Shown: piece after piece, positions 30,337 through 40,712 of the stretch
Position numbering within the stretch: the stretch's first letter is position 1
Layout: each line of letters opens with the position of its first letter
DNA from: an uncultured candidate division Zixibacteria bacterium
GTDB taxonomy: Bacteria; Zixibacteria; MSB-5A5; GN15; FEB-12
DNA length: 64,000 nt
Direction of reading: 5' to 3'
Assembly: GCA_963664195.1 (NCBI GenBank)
Contig: OY760907.1
Location: 3,296,001-3,360,000 of the forward strand
The notes under the pieces: model-generated
What the model saw: the letters and a program-made list of their open reading frames with translations, nothing else
Databases searched by the model: none
Told to the model about the DNA's origin: nothing
Made by a program: the position numbers and the translations under genes

Positions 30337-32064
30337 CTACTTAAACTCAACCACAATACCCGCTGTCTCGAAGCGGGCGCGGACTGATACTGTGTCAGGA
30401 TGAACGACATAAGTTTCGGCAAGACGTGGAGGATTGATAGAGCCGGGAGTGAGTTTACCGTCGCCGTCCTGGTCGAGGAAGCCCGTCAGGATATACTCCC
30501 CCGCCGGCAAATCAGTAACAAAGGCACCCGTATTTTCAGCATTCCGTCCAGGCGCTAAGCCTGCCACGGTGACCGTGTAGCGGTCCTTTCCCCCGACCTT
30601 TTGGAAAGTCAGTTTCGCAGGACTCTCTTTGCGATCCTCAAGGGCTATCTCAACCGTGCCGCTGACCGATCCAAGTGAGTCGTCGTCGTACGTACTGAAC
30701 GTGAACGACCTCAGCGAATCCCCCATCAGGTTGCCTGCGTAGTCGGCGACGTCGAACTCGGTAACATCAAGACGGTATTTGTGGCCAGCGGTCAATTGGT
30801 CTGTGGACAGGCCAAGATGGAACGGGTCGGCCCAACGCAAATCGAGTTGGATAAATCGATTGTCGTCCTCGGCAAGAACAAAAGTCTGCGGCGTGATTTT
30901 TACGGTATCAATCGGCTCTGAGAACTCAACCTGCATATCAACCTGGTGAACGAACATGGCGTCGGCGGCAGGCAGGAACATAGAGATTTCCGGCGGTGTC
31001 TTGTCCTCGACCTGCTTGAACTCCATACTGTCGAGAACCAGCGGAGCCTCGTCGGCACCGTACGTCATCTCGATACGATACTTGTCTTCAGGGAGCACAC
31101 CACACCACATCGTGAGCTTGGAGCCTTCGGGCTCGGCAGATTCAGCAAAGCTTGAGGCGGCGTACGAAATCGCCGTATCGCTGAGAGAACGCAACGATAT
31201 GTGTGTCGATGGATCTGCTCCCATCAGCGCAAACGATACCGGCTTGCTCAATCGCACTTTCACCAATCCCCCGTCGCTGCCGATAGCACTCAGGATTCGC
31301 GGCTGGAGCGTATCGTGGCTGGTCATCTCCAACTTGAGATTATCCAAATCTATTTCCCCGCCCACTACGATAGGACGATCCGGCAGGGCAAACTCCTCGA
31401 GGTTCGGGTTGAATCGCTCGCTGTTGTTCTTGTCCTTGAATCCGATCAGGCGATACTCTCCCTCGGGAAGATACTGAAACTTGAACGCACCCTCTTTGTT
31501 GGTGGTCACCAGGTAACTGGGGTAGATTGAATCGAGCGGCACTGATCTGTCAACGAGCGCTGTTGACTTGTAGAGCGCCATGACAACATCCGATGCAGGG
31601 AGTCTGTCGAGGTAGGTAATGCCGCCGATAGTCCCGGAGTCAATGGCGTCGCCAGTTGAAAAGGCGATTGAAATCGTACCGTCGAGAGGGTTGTTGCGAA
31701 GGTCCCTGACGCCTGAACTAACGGTAACGATATAGGTTTGGTTCGCGCCGAAAGGCTCGTCGAGCAGGATGCTCAGTTTATCGCCGGACCACTTGATTTT
31801 CGGCTTTTCGGTTTGTCTCGGCGAGATGAAGACTGCGTCCCCTCTGGCAGGCTCAACCACGTGTTCGGAAAACTGAAGGGATATCCGGTTGTCCGGCTCC
31901 ACATTTAGAGCGCCGGCTGCAGGAGTTGATGTCAGCAGAAAGGGGCCCTTGCGGTCAACCTCTCCCCCGGGCGGCGCGGCTATTTCGGCGCATCCGTAAT
32001 AGAGAACAGAAGACAAGCAGCAGGCGACCAAAAGAACGGTGAGTCGTCGCACGGTTTGTCTCAA
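30337..32064 (-). CDS. Lipoprotein with bacterial Ig-like (Big_5) domains
   Basis: GCAEIAAPPGGEVDRKGP N-terminus, LQFSE, VRDLRNN, AFSTGDAIDSG; second FSEPID..VADYAGN repeat. Confidence 0.82.
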   Translation of the reverse strand: MRQTVRRLTVLLVACCLSSVLYYGCAEIAAPPGGEVDRKGPFLLTSTPAAGALNVEPDNRISLQFSEHVVEPARGDAVFISPRQTEKPKIKWSGDKLSILLDEPFGANQTYIVTVSSGVRDLRNNPLDGTISIAFSTGDAIDSGTIGGITYLDRLPASDVVMALYKSTALVDRSVPLDSIYPSYLVTTNKEGAFKFQYLPEGEYRLIGFKDKNNSERFNPNLEEFALPDRPIVVGGEIDLDNLKLEMTSHDTLQPRILSAIGSDGGLVKVRLSKPVSFALMGADPSTHISLRSLSDTAISYAASSFAESAEPEGSKLTMWCGVLPEDKYRIEMTYGADEAPLVLDSMEFKQVEDKTPPEISMFLPAADAMFVHQVDMQVEFSEPIDTVKITPQTFVLAEDDNRFIQLDLRWADPFHLGLSTDQLTAGHKYRLDVTEFDVADYAGNLMGDSLRSFTFSTYDDDSLGSVSGTVEIALEDRKESPAKLTFQKVGGKDRYTVTVAGLAPGRNAENTGAFVTDLPAGEYILTGFLDQDGDGKLTPGSINPPRLAETYVVHPDTVSVRARFETAGIVVEFK

Positions 32065-33707
32065 CGGTCCAGTTTCTCCCTGATGGTCTGATTGTCGGGT
32101 TGTAGTTCGAGCACTTTCTCCCAGTACACTCGCGCCTCATCAATCCGTCCCGCAGCGTGGTAGGCATCACCCAGATGATCGAGAATAACCGGGTCGTTGT
32201 CAAGAGCTGCGGCAGATTCAAGATAGAGAACGGCGTCCTCATAGTTGCCAAGCTGGAAATTGACCCAACCGAAACTGTCGAGATAGGCCGGGTTCTGGGG
32301 TTGCATTTCGATTGCCCGAGATATGAGGTCATGGGCATACTGCAATCGGATGCCGTGCTCGGCCAGCGTGTAACCGAGATAATTCAGCGTCTGATCATGG
32401 TTGGGGTCATGTTCAAGTATGTCCTCAAACACGACTACCGCGGAATCGATTTCACCGATTCGCTCGTAGGCCGCCCCGAGTGAGAATAGCATGTTTATAG
32501 CACTGACCTCGGAGGGCATGTGATCGACCCCCTCACGGTAGGTCGCGATTTCGTTTGCGTCATCGTTTAGATTCCGATAGGTAATCGCCAGATCCATCCA
32601 GCTACCGAAAGCCGTATCGGCCAGTTGTGTCAGGAGAATGAATTCATCGCGCGCCCGCTCAAAGTCATCGCCGAGAGCGGCTATGCGCCCGAGATAGTAG
32701 TGATTGGCAGCAACTTGCTCACCGGTGCTCACCAGATACGTGAGAATCGAATCGGCCTGTTGCAGGGAATCCAGCGTGAAGTACAACATCGCCAACCTTC
32801 GGCTGGCATCATGGTCGCCGGGCATGAGTTCGGCAATACGGCGCACATGCGGCAAGGCCTTGAGCACGGAGTCCTGTTGGAAGCATATCCGGGCCATCGT
32901 CTGGCGCAGACTGATATCATCGGGAGCCGATTCGATACCTAGCGCAATAGTAGCTTCCAGCGAATCCACATCCTGCGTGAGTTCGTGCAATTCAGCCAGC
33001 CCCAGCAGGGCCTGCATGTTGTCGCCGGCTCCGACAGAATTGAGTGATCTCCGGAAACTGTCTTTCGCATCCTCCAGGTCACCTGTGGCGGCTTGAAGAC
33101 GTCCCAGTTCGTTCAGCAGCTCATGGTTGCCGGGACGGATACGATCCAGTTGCCCGTACGCCCAGATCGTGGAATCAAGGTCTCTGTCCTGCTGATAGTG
33201 CGCGGCCAGATTGAGATAGGCATTAGCATTAAGCGAATCGATTGCGATCAGTTCGAGGAACTGCTCTTTGGCCAGTTGATTCTCACCAACCATCTGGTAG
33301 CAGGAGCCACGAAGCTCCAACAATTCAGTGTCGGGATAATTGAACGATTGCAGGGTCTCCAGCGCAAGGGCGGGTTGTCTGAGCCGGACCAGACATCGAG
33401 CATAGGCCAGACTCAACTCGAGTGATTCCGGGTGAAAATCAAGCGCACTGTGAAAAGCGCGGGCAGCGTTTTGCACCTCCCCTTCGCCCTCATAGAGCAG
33501 CCCATCAACATAGAATTTATAGGCGTACTCGCTCATCGGCTCGTACTCGACCTTTTCAGGGACCGCTTTTGCTTGAATCCCTGTTTCATCGGCTACAACC
33601 ACAGCCGATGAATGCCGAACCGCGCCCGTGGAGCAACCGAACAGAACCATCGCCGCCAAGCCAATTACTACTAGTGATTTGCGAAATCTGCTCAAAGACC
33701 CATCCAT
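32061..33707 (-). CDS. TPR-repeat lipoprotein
   Basis: Lipobox LFGC; many TPRs; LNYLGYTLA, YLDSFGWV, ILDHLGDAY. Confidence 0.9.
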   Translation of the reverse strand: MDGSLSRFRKSLVVIGLAAMVLFGCSTGAVRHSSAVVVADETGIQAKAVPEKVEYEPMSEYAYKFYVDGLLYEGEGEVQNAARAFHSALDFHPESLELSLAYARCLVRLRQPALALETLQSFNYPDTELLELRGSCYQMVGENQLAKEQFLELIAIDSLNANAYLNLAAHYQQDRDLDSTIWAYGQLDRIRPGNHELLNELGRLQAATGDLEDAKDSFRRSLNSVGAGDNMQALLGLAELHELTQDVDSLEATIALGIESAPDDISLRQTMARICFQQDSVLKALPHVRRIAELMPGDHDASRRLAMLYFTLDSLQQADSILTYLVSTGEQVAANHYYLGRIAALGDDFERARDEFILLTQLADTAFGSWMDLAITYRNLNDDANEIATYREGVDHMPSEVSAINMLFSLGAAYERIGEIDSAVVVFEDILEHDPNHDQTLNYLGYTLAEHGIRLQYAHDLISRAIEMQPQNPAYLDSFGWVNFQLGNYEDAVLYLESAAALDNDPVILDHLGDAYHAAGRIDEARVYWEKVLELQPDNQTIREKLDR

Positions 33708-33766
33708 GTTGCTATTGTTGTTCCCTATTACTGATAATGATTGAGCAGTCGAAAAGTTGCAGTTTA

Positions 33767-35029
33767 TCAGACTTTCAGTCTGAGAAAACGCCGTTTGCCG
33801 ACTTTTAGGATCATCTCTTTGTCCAACGGAAACTCGTAATTCGGATCGGTAACCTTGTCGCCATCGATACTTACCGATCCGGCCTGAATCAGTTTCCGCG
33901 CCTCGCTGTTGGACTTGCTCATCTTGTTCTTGGCTATCAAATGCACGAGATAGATAGCATTCGGGTCGATTTCCAGATTTTTGAGATCCTCGGCAGTAGC
34001 CTCCGGCATGTCATCCGGTAGTTGCTTTTTGGAGAAGACGCGCTCGAATTCCTCGCGGGCAGCCTTACCGGATCCTTCGGGATGGTACTGATCGACAATC
34101 ACTTCGCCCAGTTCCTTCTTGAGAAGCATCGGGTTGACATCGGCCTGCGAAAGCTGCTTGCGAATCTCCTCTACCCTTTCGGCTGTAACCTCGGTAGCCA
34201 GCTCAAAATAGCTCGCAATCTGTTCGTCGGGGATAGACATCGCCTTGCCGAACATCTCCCTCGGAGCTTCATCGACGCCGATGTAGTTGCCCAGTGATTT
34301 GGACATCTTCTTGACGCCGTCGGTTCCGACGAGAATCGGCATAGTGAGAACGCACTGCGGTTCGTCGCCGTATGCCTCCTGCACCGTCCGGCCGGCCAGC
34401 AGGTTGAACGTCTGTTCGGTCGCACCCAACTCTATATCGGATTTCATGGCAACCGAGTCATAGGCCTGCATCAGAGGATAGAACAACTCATGCACCGATA
34501 TCGGAGTCATGGCCTTCATGCGCTTCGTGAAATCATCCCTCTCCAGCAGACGGGCCACGGTGTATTTCGACGCAAGGTGCATAATGTCCAGAAATTCCAT
34601 TTTTTTGAACCAGTCACCGTTGAAGAGGACTTCGGTTTTGTCCTTGTCGAGAATCTTGAAGAACTGCTCCTGATAGGTCTCAGAATTCTTCATAATCTGG
34701 TCGTAGGACAGCACCGGACGGGTCGCGGATTGTCCCGACGGATCACCGACCATAGCAGTATAATCACCCACGATCAACACCACCTGGTGTCCCAGGTCCT
34801 GGAACTGCTTCAGTTTGCGGATGCCAACAGTGTGGCCAAGATGAATATCCGGCGAAGTCGGGTCGAAACCCTGCTTGACCCTCAAGGGACCGCGTTCTCC
34901 CTTGAGGAACCCGGCCAGTTTGGCTCGCAGTTCATCTTCGGGAAGGAGGTCGACCGTGCCTCGCTTGAAAATCTCAATCTGTCGTTTGAGTTCTTGTTTC
35001 AGGTCGGTAGTCAATTCAGAATGAGCCAA
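33767..35029 (-). CDS. tyrS: Tyrosyl-tRNA synthetase
   Basis: GFDPTSPDIHLGH, YPLMQAYD, KMSKSLGNY, C-terminal S4 domain. Confidence 0.97.
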   Translation of the reverse strand: MAHSELTTDLKQELKRQIEIFKRGTVDLLPEDELRAKLAGFLKGERGPLRVKQGFDPTSPDIHLGHTVGIRKLKQFQDLGHQVVLIVGDYTAMVGDPSGQSATRPVLSYDQIMKNSETYQEQFFKILDKDKTEVLFNGDWFKKMEFLDIMHLASKYTVARLLERDDFTKRMKAMTPISVHELFYPLMQAYDSVAMKSDIELGATEQTFNLLAGRTVQEAYGDEPQCVLTMPILVGTDGVKKMSKSLGNYIGVDEAPREMFGKAMSIPDEQIASYFELATEVTAERVEEIRKQLSQADVNPMLLKKELGEVIVDQYHPEGSGKAAREEFERVFSKKQLPDDMPEATAEDLKNLEIDPNAIYLVHLIAKNKMSKSNSEARKLIQAGSVSIDGDKVTDPNYEFPLDKEMILKVGKRRFLRLKV

Positions 35030-35220
35030 CTTAGTCTCCCTTGGTACGTTTACAGCTAAACATCGGCACGTAAGTTACAGTTGTTGATCGTCTTCGATGC
35101 AGAAAACGAATGCAAAAACGCCTAACTCATATAGTGAAATGTATAACGATTATCAAACAGATAAATGGCTGACCTGTTTTATGTTGACTGGATCGGCTTT
35201 ACGTGGGTAAATAGGCGATT

Positions 35221-37383
35221 ATGGCTGTACGTACCAATAGACCTGTCTTCAGGAAAAAAACAAGTCACCGTCTGCGCAATTCGATCATCGCTCTGGTAGC
35301 TGTGTTGATCGTGTTTGCCGCAATAATCGCCCAAAAGACGTACTCCGTCTATCAAAGCGACCTGCCGTCGTTTGAGGCGCTGCACAACATTGAGCCTTCG
35401 CTCAACACGAAAGTGTATGACCGCAACGGAATCCTTCTCAAGGAGTTTTACTCCGAGAACCGGGCATTAACACCCTATGATGAGATGCCGAAATACCTTC
35501 GCGACATGTTGATAGCCAGCGAGGATCAGGCATTTTACGACCATTGGGGCATTCACTTGCGAAGACTGGCAGTGGTGGCAGCCGGAAATATCCTGAGCGG
35601 TCACATTCAGGGCGGCGCTTCGACTATCACCCAGCAACTTGCGAGAATGCTTTTCCTGACCCAGGAGCGCACCTACAATCGTAAGATCAAAGAGGCGCTG
35701 ACGGCGGTCAAGTTGGAGAGATCGTACTCCAAGGACGAAATCATCGCCATGTACCTCAACCAGCACTACTTCAGCCGTGGTGCTTACGGGGTTTCCGCTG
35801 CGGCACGGCTTTTTTTTGATAAGTCTGTGGGCGAACTGACGATAAGCGACTGCGCGGTGATAATCGGCCTCCTTCCGGGGCCGAATATCAATTCTCCCCT
35901 GAACAACCCTGACAAGTCCCTGCAAGCCCGCAATCGGGTGCTGCACTCGTTTTACTCATGGGGAGGAATAGACCGTGCGACATTCGATTCACTCAGCAGT
36001 CTGCCGCTGGAAATATCTCCCCCGGTTGAGAAGATTGGTATCGCACCGTATTTTACTGAGACCGTCCGTCGCCACATACTGGACACGTACGGTGAAGACG
36101 TCTTGTACTCCGGCGGCTTGAAAGTCTATACTTCTTTGGACGCCAACCTGCAGGCGGCTGCGGAGAAAGCAGTCTATCGGAAAGTTGATTCGCTTCGTGC
36201 CCGAATAGAACGACGATACGGTTTGGGTGACCCGAACTATTCGATGATCCTTCCGGACACCGTCGATGAGTACGGTGACCCGATCAGGGTGCACAAAAAG
36301 GTCGAGGGAGCGATGGTCGCAATCGACAACGCTACTGGCGACATTCTGGCCATGGTTGGTGGTCGCGATTTTGAGGAGTCCAGATGGAATCGTGCGGTTC
36401 AGGCTCAATTGCAGCCGGGTTCTGCATTCAAACCGTTCCTCTACACGGCCTGCATTGACAACGGGTTCCATACCACGGATATTGTCGATGATAACCCCAT
36501 TGTCCTGCAGATTCCAGGAGCCAAGGAGTGGCGTCCGCACAATTTCGACAACAAGTTCATGGGACCAATTACCCTTCGTGAGGCGCTGAAGTTCTCCCGC
36601 AACCTCGTAAGTGCACGGCTGATGCTGACTATCACGCCGGAGCAGGCGATCTTTTACGCCCGACGAATGGGCATTACGTCGCCGCTCAAACCGGTTCCTT
36701 CGCTGGCTGCGGGTGCCGGTGAGGTCAAGATGGTGGAATTGGTCTCAGCGTTCAGCACGTTCCCCAATCGGGGCATACATATCCCCTATCGCATGGTGAC
36801 GAAGATTGTTGATCGGTATGGCAGGGTGCTTGAGGACAATTCCGCGATTGAGAAAGAAGAGGTTTTGTCAGCCCAGACCGCGTTTATCATGGTGGACCTG
36901 ATGCGCTCGGTCGTCGATAGCGGTACGGCCCGGAGTTCCAGGTGGAGAGGCTTCACCCGTCCGGCAGGCGGCAAAACAGGCACCACGAACAATTTCTGTG
37001 ACAACTGGTTTGTGGGATATACGCCGCAAATCACGGCCGGTGCCTGGCTTGGTTTTGATGAGAAGCTGTCTCTCGGCCGGGGTCAGGACGGGGCCAAGAA
37101 CGGCGTTCCGGTCTGGACGGAGTTCATGATTGCCGCCCATGATTCGTTGCCGATCGAGGAGTTTGTTGAACCTGAGGGAATCGTGCACCTCGATGTCTGC
37201 CTGGAATCGGGCGAGATTGCAACTGACCGCTGTATTGTGGTCCGGAACGAAGTCTTTATTCAAGGAACGGAGCCGACGAATACGTGCCAAATGCATCCAT
37301 CGGCGGGAAAGTACGTGCCCACGCGCGCAGAACGGGATAACGAGCCTCCGGAAGACACCACCGAGGAACGAGTGCACTTCTAG
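35221..37383 (+). CDS. Class A penicillin-binding protein 1A
   Basis: Transglycosylase EDQAFYDHWG, GASTITQQL, RKIKE; transpeptidase SAFK, SRN, KTG. Confidence 0.95.
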   Translation: MAVRTNRPVFRKKTSHRLRNSIIALVAVLIVFAAIIAQKTYSVYQSDLPSFEALHNIEPSLNTKVYDRNGILLKEFYSENRALTPYDEMPKYLRDMLIASEDQAFYDHWGIHLRRLAVVAAGNILSGHIQGGASTITQQLARMLFLTQERTYNRKIKEALTAVKLERSYSKDEIIAMYLNQHYFSRGAYGVSAAARLFFDKSVGELTISDCAVIIGLLPGPNINSPLNNPDKSLQARNRVLHSFYSWGGIDRATFDSLSSLPLEISPPVEKIGIAPYFTETVRRHILDTYGEDVLYSGGLKVYTSLDANLQAAAEKAVYRKVDSLRARIERRYGLGDPNYSMILPDTVDEYGDPIRVHKKVEGAMVAIDNATGDILAMVGGRDFEESRWNRAVQAQLQPGSAFKPFLYTACIDNGFHTTDIVDDNPIVLQIPGAKEWRPHNFDNKFMGPITLREALKFSRNLVSARLMLTITPEQAIFYARRMGITSPLKPVPSLAAGAGEVKMVELVSAFSTFPNRGIHIPYRMVTKIVDRYGRVLEDNSAIEKEEVLSAQTAFIMVDLMRSVVDSGTARSSRWRGFTRPAGGKTGTTNNFCDNWFVGYTPQITAGAWLGFDEKLSLGRGQDGAKNGVPVWTEFMIAAHDSLPIEEFVEPEGIVHLDVCLESGEIATDRCIVVRNEVFIQGTEPTNTCQMHPSAGKYVPTRAERDNEPPEDTTEERVHF

Positions 37384-37415
37384 CCGTCGTCAGAAGTAGT
37401 TGACATTGACGATAT

Positions 37416-37450
37416 GTCCGCATGAACTGACATTCATGCGGGCCTTTTTT
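37416..37450 (+). terminator. Intrinsic terminator after PBP1A
   Basis: GTCCGCATGAA-N6-TTCATGCGGGC followed by CTTTTTT. Confidence 0.8.
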
Positions 37451-37522
37451 GTGAAGAGCCAGGATCAGTTCATACGGGTGCCTGATCTACCGATCCTGAC
37501 CAAAAAGTTGAATAACTAGGTC

Positions 37523-37550
37523 TTGACAAGGGCTTGTTGTTGCATATCTT
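37523..37550 (+). promoter_or_regulatory. Putative sigma70 promoter for tRNA-Leu
   Basis: TTGACA-N16-TATCTT. Confidence 0.5.
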
Positions 37551-37607
37551 TGGTGCTCACCAATCCCGGATGCGGAGAAGGTTCTGCTTTCGGGAAACTC
37601 TTGTAAT

Positions 37608-37691
37608 GCCGGAGTGGTGAAACTGGTAGACGCAGGGGACTCAAAATCCCCCGATAGCAATATCGTGTCGGTTCAAGTCCGACCTCCGGCA
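37608..37691 (+). tRNA. tRNA-Leu (CAA), CCA not encoded
   Basis: Acceptor stem GCCGGAG/CTCCGGC, D-loop GGTAGA, anticodon arm GGGGA-CTCAAAA-TCCCC, long variable arm, GGTTCAAGTCC. Confidence 0.96.
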
Positions 37692-37748
37692 TTTTGTTGA
37701 AGCCCTTTCCGCAAGCAATGCAATGTCACCAAATCCATGTTTTTCCCC

Positions 37749-37777
37749 TTGACAAAGTCCTCAACATTGACCATAAT
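37749..37777 (+). promoter_or_regulatory. Near-consensus sigma70 promoter for the small secreted protein / activator pair
   Basis: TTGACA-N17-CATAAT. Confidence 0.65.
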
Positions 37778-37957
37778 TAAAGACAGGACAGGTGCTTGGG
37801 CACCGTCCGCTCATAGGGATGGGATATGTGGCGGGGAGAACAGCTTGGAAAACGACATCATAAACTGAATCACACGTTCGAGCCGGTATTGGCATACGTC
37901 TGGCAGGTACGGCATACCGTGTTGCGGTTCGGACAGTCGATTGAAGGACGTAGAGTT

Positions 37958-38359
37958 ATGAAAAACGCAAGTTCACTCAAGACTCATCCGACGACACGCG
38001 CGGTGTTGTTGTGCCTGCTGGTGGCGGTCTTCTTTGCGTGGCTCTCTCCCCCGGCAATGTCCATGGATCGTGATGCTTGGGTAAGATCCCAGATAAAGAG
38101 CACTATTCCCGAAAGATTAGATGAGTGGCCTTGGGTGGATGGAAAGAGTGTTTCCTTCCAGAACCCTGCTACTCCTTTCTATCAAAGCGTGATCACGGTC
38201 TTGGTGGGAGCTTTGTTCCCGCCCGAGACAGAGGTGTTGGAAGTTCGTTCGGAGACTATAACAGAGAACAGTAGTGACCGACTAAGGATACCAGAGTTAA
38301 GTGACGTCAACAACTTCACAGTACCTGACTCAAGTAGTCCGTCTTCTTCAAGAAGGTAA
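37958..38359 (+). CDS. Small secreted hypothetical protein (133 aa)
   Basis: GAAGGA RBS; signal peptide ...VLLCLLVAVFFAWLSPPAMS; acidic-aromatic DEWPWVD motif; overlaps the activator start. Confidence 0.65.
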   Translation: MKNASSLKTHPTTRAVLLCLLVAVFFAWLSPPAMSMDRDAWVRSQIKSTIPERLDEWPWVDGKSVSFQNPATPFYQSVITVLVGALFPPETEVLEVRSETITENSSDRLRIPELSDVNNFTVPDSSSPSSSRR

Positions 38360-40463
38360 GTACTCAGACGCGCGCGAAGCGCTAGACAGAGAGCGTCATC
38401 CGTCACCGGGTGACGTTGACTGGGGAGAATACTGCTTGCTAAGGGGTGAAGTCTGCCTCGCTATGGGAGAGATTGATCACCGCTACCCGGAAGAGGCGAT
38501 AGAGGTCTACATATCTTCATCTGACAACGCAAAGTACGCCCGGGCGAAATACCTTTTCGGTTGGAAACTGCAATTGGCTGGTGAGTATCCGGACGCCAGC
38601 GAAGCGTTACTGGAATCCCACTCCGCGTTCATGCGCGTATCAGATATTCTGATGGCAGGAAAGGCTCTGAACAAACTGGCATTCATCTCAGTTCACCAAG
38701 GAAAGACACAACAGGCGATACACCACTTGCAGAAGTGCGTCGATTGCTTCCGTCAGGCAGGTTGTGAGATTGAGGTCGCTAACCAACGATGCAATCTAGC
38801 TCTCGTTTGTTTTTTGGCAGGTCATGTTCGGGAGTCCTTGAGCACCTATCGGTCCATCTCGAAGATCCTTGGCAGACTCAGCCAGCCGGCACAATGTGGA
38901 TACTATCTCGGACATGCAGTGGCCACGGCGCTGACCGGAGACTCCCCCAAAGTGGAAAGACTGATGAGGGTAGCCCGTGAGCTGGCGAACGGTTTCAAGC
39001 GCAGAGAAGCACAGTTCTTGGAAATGAAAGCTTGGATCGCCCTCCTCGACAACGACTACAAGACCGCTGAAAGTGCACTCAAGAAGGGTCTTGCGCTATC
39101 GCTCGAAATCGCGCCGGAATCGACCCTCATTTCGCAGATAAAGCGACTCTATGGTGACCTGTATGTCGCCACCAAGAGATTCGATCTGGCGGAGAAGTCT
39201 GCGACCGAAGCACTCGAAGTTGCTACCAAGCTCACCGAGCGTGCCGAAATAGCCGCCTGTCATCGTGTGTTCGCGCAAGTGGCACAGCATCGGGGCCATG
39301 AAGACAAAGCGCGCGACGAGTTCCAGCAGGCAATCGACCTCTACTCGCAGATCGGCGCACGATACGAGTTGGCCGCCACGCGCTACCTTGCCGGTGTATC
39401 CATGCTGTATCGCAACGGTGAGCGCACTGCCCTGCTCTATCTCGCGCGTGAGTACTTTGAATCCGAAGACATCAAGCACTATGTCCGGAAGATCGACGAT
39501 GAGTTCGCCAAATCTGAGAAGCCCGTTTTACGGCACACAGCCCCTGAGAAGAAAGGTGCCTGTGGCACCACGCCTACCGTCATTGCCGTCAATCCGGCCA
39601 TGAGAAAACTAATCTCGTTGGCCGAAAACGTGGCTGGCTCCGAGATGACCGTACTGCTCACCGGCGAGACCGGAACAGGCAAAGATCTGCTGGCACGGTA
39701 CATCCACCATCACAGCGGCCGCACAGGACGATTTGTGTCTGTCAACGCCGCCGCCGTACCGGGAAGCATGATTGAGTCCGAGTTGTTCGGGCATTCCAAA
39801 GGCGCCTTCACCGGTGCTACGACCGATCGGGCTGGTCTATTCGAACAGGCCAACGACGGAACGTTCTACCTCAACGAAATCGCCGACGCTTCGCTTGAGT
39901 TCCAGGCCAAACTGCTTCAGGTGCTGGAAACGCGCACGGTGCGCAGGCTCGGCGACAACCAGGAACGTCCGGTTTCCTTCCGATTGATCGCCGCAACCAA
40001 CCACGACCTCCAGAAAGCGATCAACGAACAGAAGTTCCGTCTGGACCTCTTCCATCGTCTGAGAGAAATCCCGATCCACCTTCCCCCGCTCTCAGAGCGA
40101 ACCGAGGACATCCCCGCGCTGGTGGACCATATTCTCAAGGAATCCGGCATCGATTCATCCCGCAACGGCAATCGAGGTGATATTGAGCGACTGGCCCGCT
40201 TGTTATCAAGCTATCCGTGGCCGGGGAACGTGCGCGACCTGAGGTCGCGCGTCAAACAACTGACGATCACTGCGCAAGGCGACCTCGGTCGCATGCACAC
40301 ATTGGCTCTTTCGGCGACGCATGAGCCGGACGCCGACCGATTACTCCGCATTCTCGAAAGCACCGGCTGGAACAGATCGCGCGCGGCCGAGATTCTTGGG
40401 GTGAGCGAAGGGACAATCCGCAATCGCATCAGGAAGTTCGCGCTCGAACAGGGCAAATCGTAG
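38301..40463 (+). CDS. Sigma54-dependent enhancer-binding protein with N-terminal TPR sensor and Fis-type HTH
   Basis: About 400 aa of TPR-like helices; [54 protein letters not shown]. Confidence 0.93.
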   Translation: MTSTTSQYLTQVVRLLQEGKYSDAREALDRERHPSPGDVDWGEYCLLRGEVCLAMGEIDHRYPEEAIEVYISSSDNAKYARAKYLFGWKLQLAGEYPDASEALLESHSAFMRVSDILMAGKALNKLAFISVHQGKTQQAIHHLQKCVDCFRQAGCEIEVANQRCNLALVCFLAGHVRESLSTYRSISKILGRLSQPAQCGYYLGHAVATALTGDSPKVERLMRVARELANGFKRREAQFLEMKAWIALLDNDYKTAESALKKGLALSLEIAPESTLISQIKRLYGDLYVATKRFDLAEKSATEALEVATKLTERAEIAACHRVFAQVAQHRGHEDKARDEFQQAIDLYSQIGARYELAATRYLAGVSMLYRNGERTALLYLAREYFESEDIKHYVRKIDDEFAKSEKPVLRHTAPEKKGACGTTPTVIAVNPAMRKLISLAENVAGSEMTVLLTGETGTGKDLLARYIHHHSGRTGRFVSVNAAAVPGSMIESELFGHSKGAFTGATTDRAGLFEQANDGTFYLNEIADASLEFQAKLLQVLETRTVRRLGDNQERPVSFRLIAATNHDLQKAINEQKFRLDLFHRLREIPIHLPPLSERTEDIPALVDHILKESGIDSSRNGNRGDIERLARLLSSYPWPGNVRDLRSRVKQLTITAQGDLGRMHTLALSATHEPDADRLLRILESTGWNRSRAAEILGVSEGTIRNRIRKFALEQGKS

Positions 40464-40590
40464 ACATCACACACCCAATTCGTAACAAAACCAGCCAAAT
40501 TCGTAACAATTACCGCTGAACTCGTAGCTCTAGCCCTCAATTCGTAGTATTTCGCCCACTATTCGTAACAATTCGCCCACTATTCGTAAA
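40455..40590. repeat. Seven TCGTA-core direct repeats at ~21-bp period
   Basis: TCGTA at 40458, 40480, 40501, 40522, 40542, 40563 and 40584. Confidence 0.85.
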
Positions 40591-40696
40591 CACGGCTTTG
40601 TCGACCGATGTGACGCTGTTGTCGGGCCGACGCATCGCAATCGTAAGTGCCACACAGTTAGTAACTTAAACGAATATCTCCCAACGTGACAGCTTT

Positions 40697-40712
40697 TGGC
40701 ACACGACTTGTA
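40697..40712 (+). promoter_or_regulatory. Sigma54 (-24/-12) promoter
   Basis: TGGCAC-ACGAC-TTGTA against consensus TGGCAC-N5-TTGCA, directly downstream of the activator gene. Confidence 0.75.

Noticed and set aside
40455..40590. Repeat array as CRISPR or plasmid iterons
   Set aside because: Units are ~21 bp with no unique spacers and no rep or cas gene; the position between a sigma54 activator and a -24/-12 promoter fits an enhancer better
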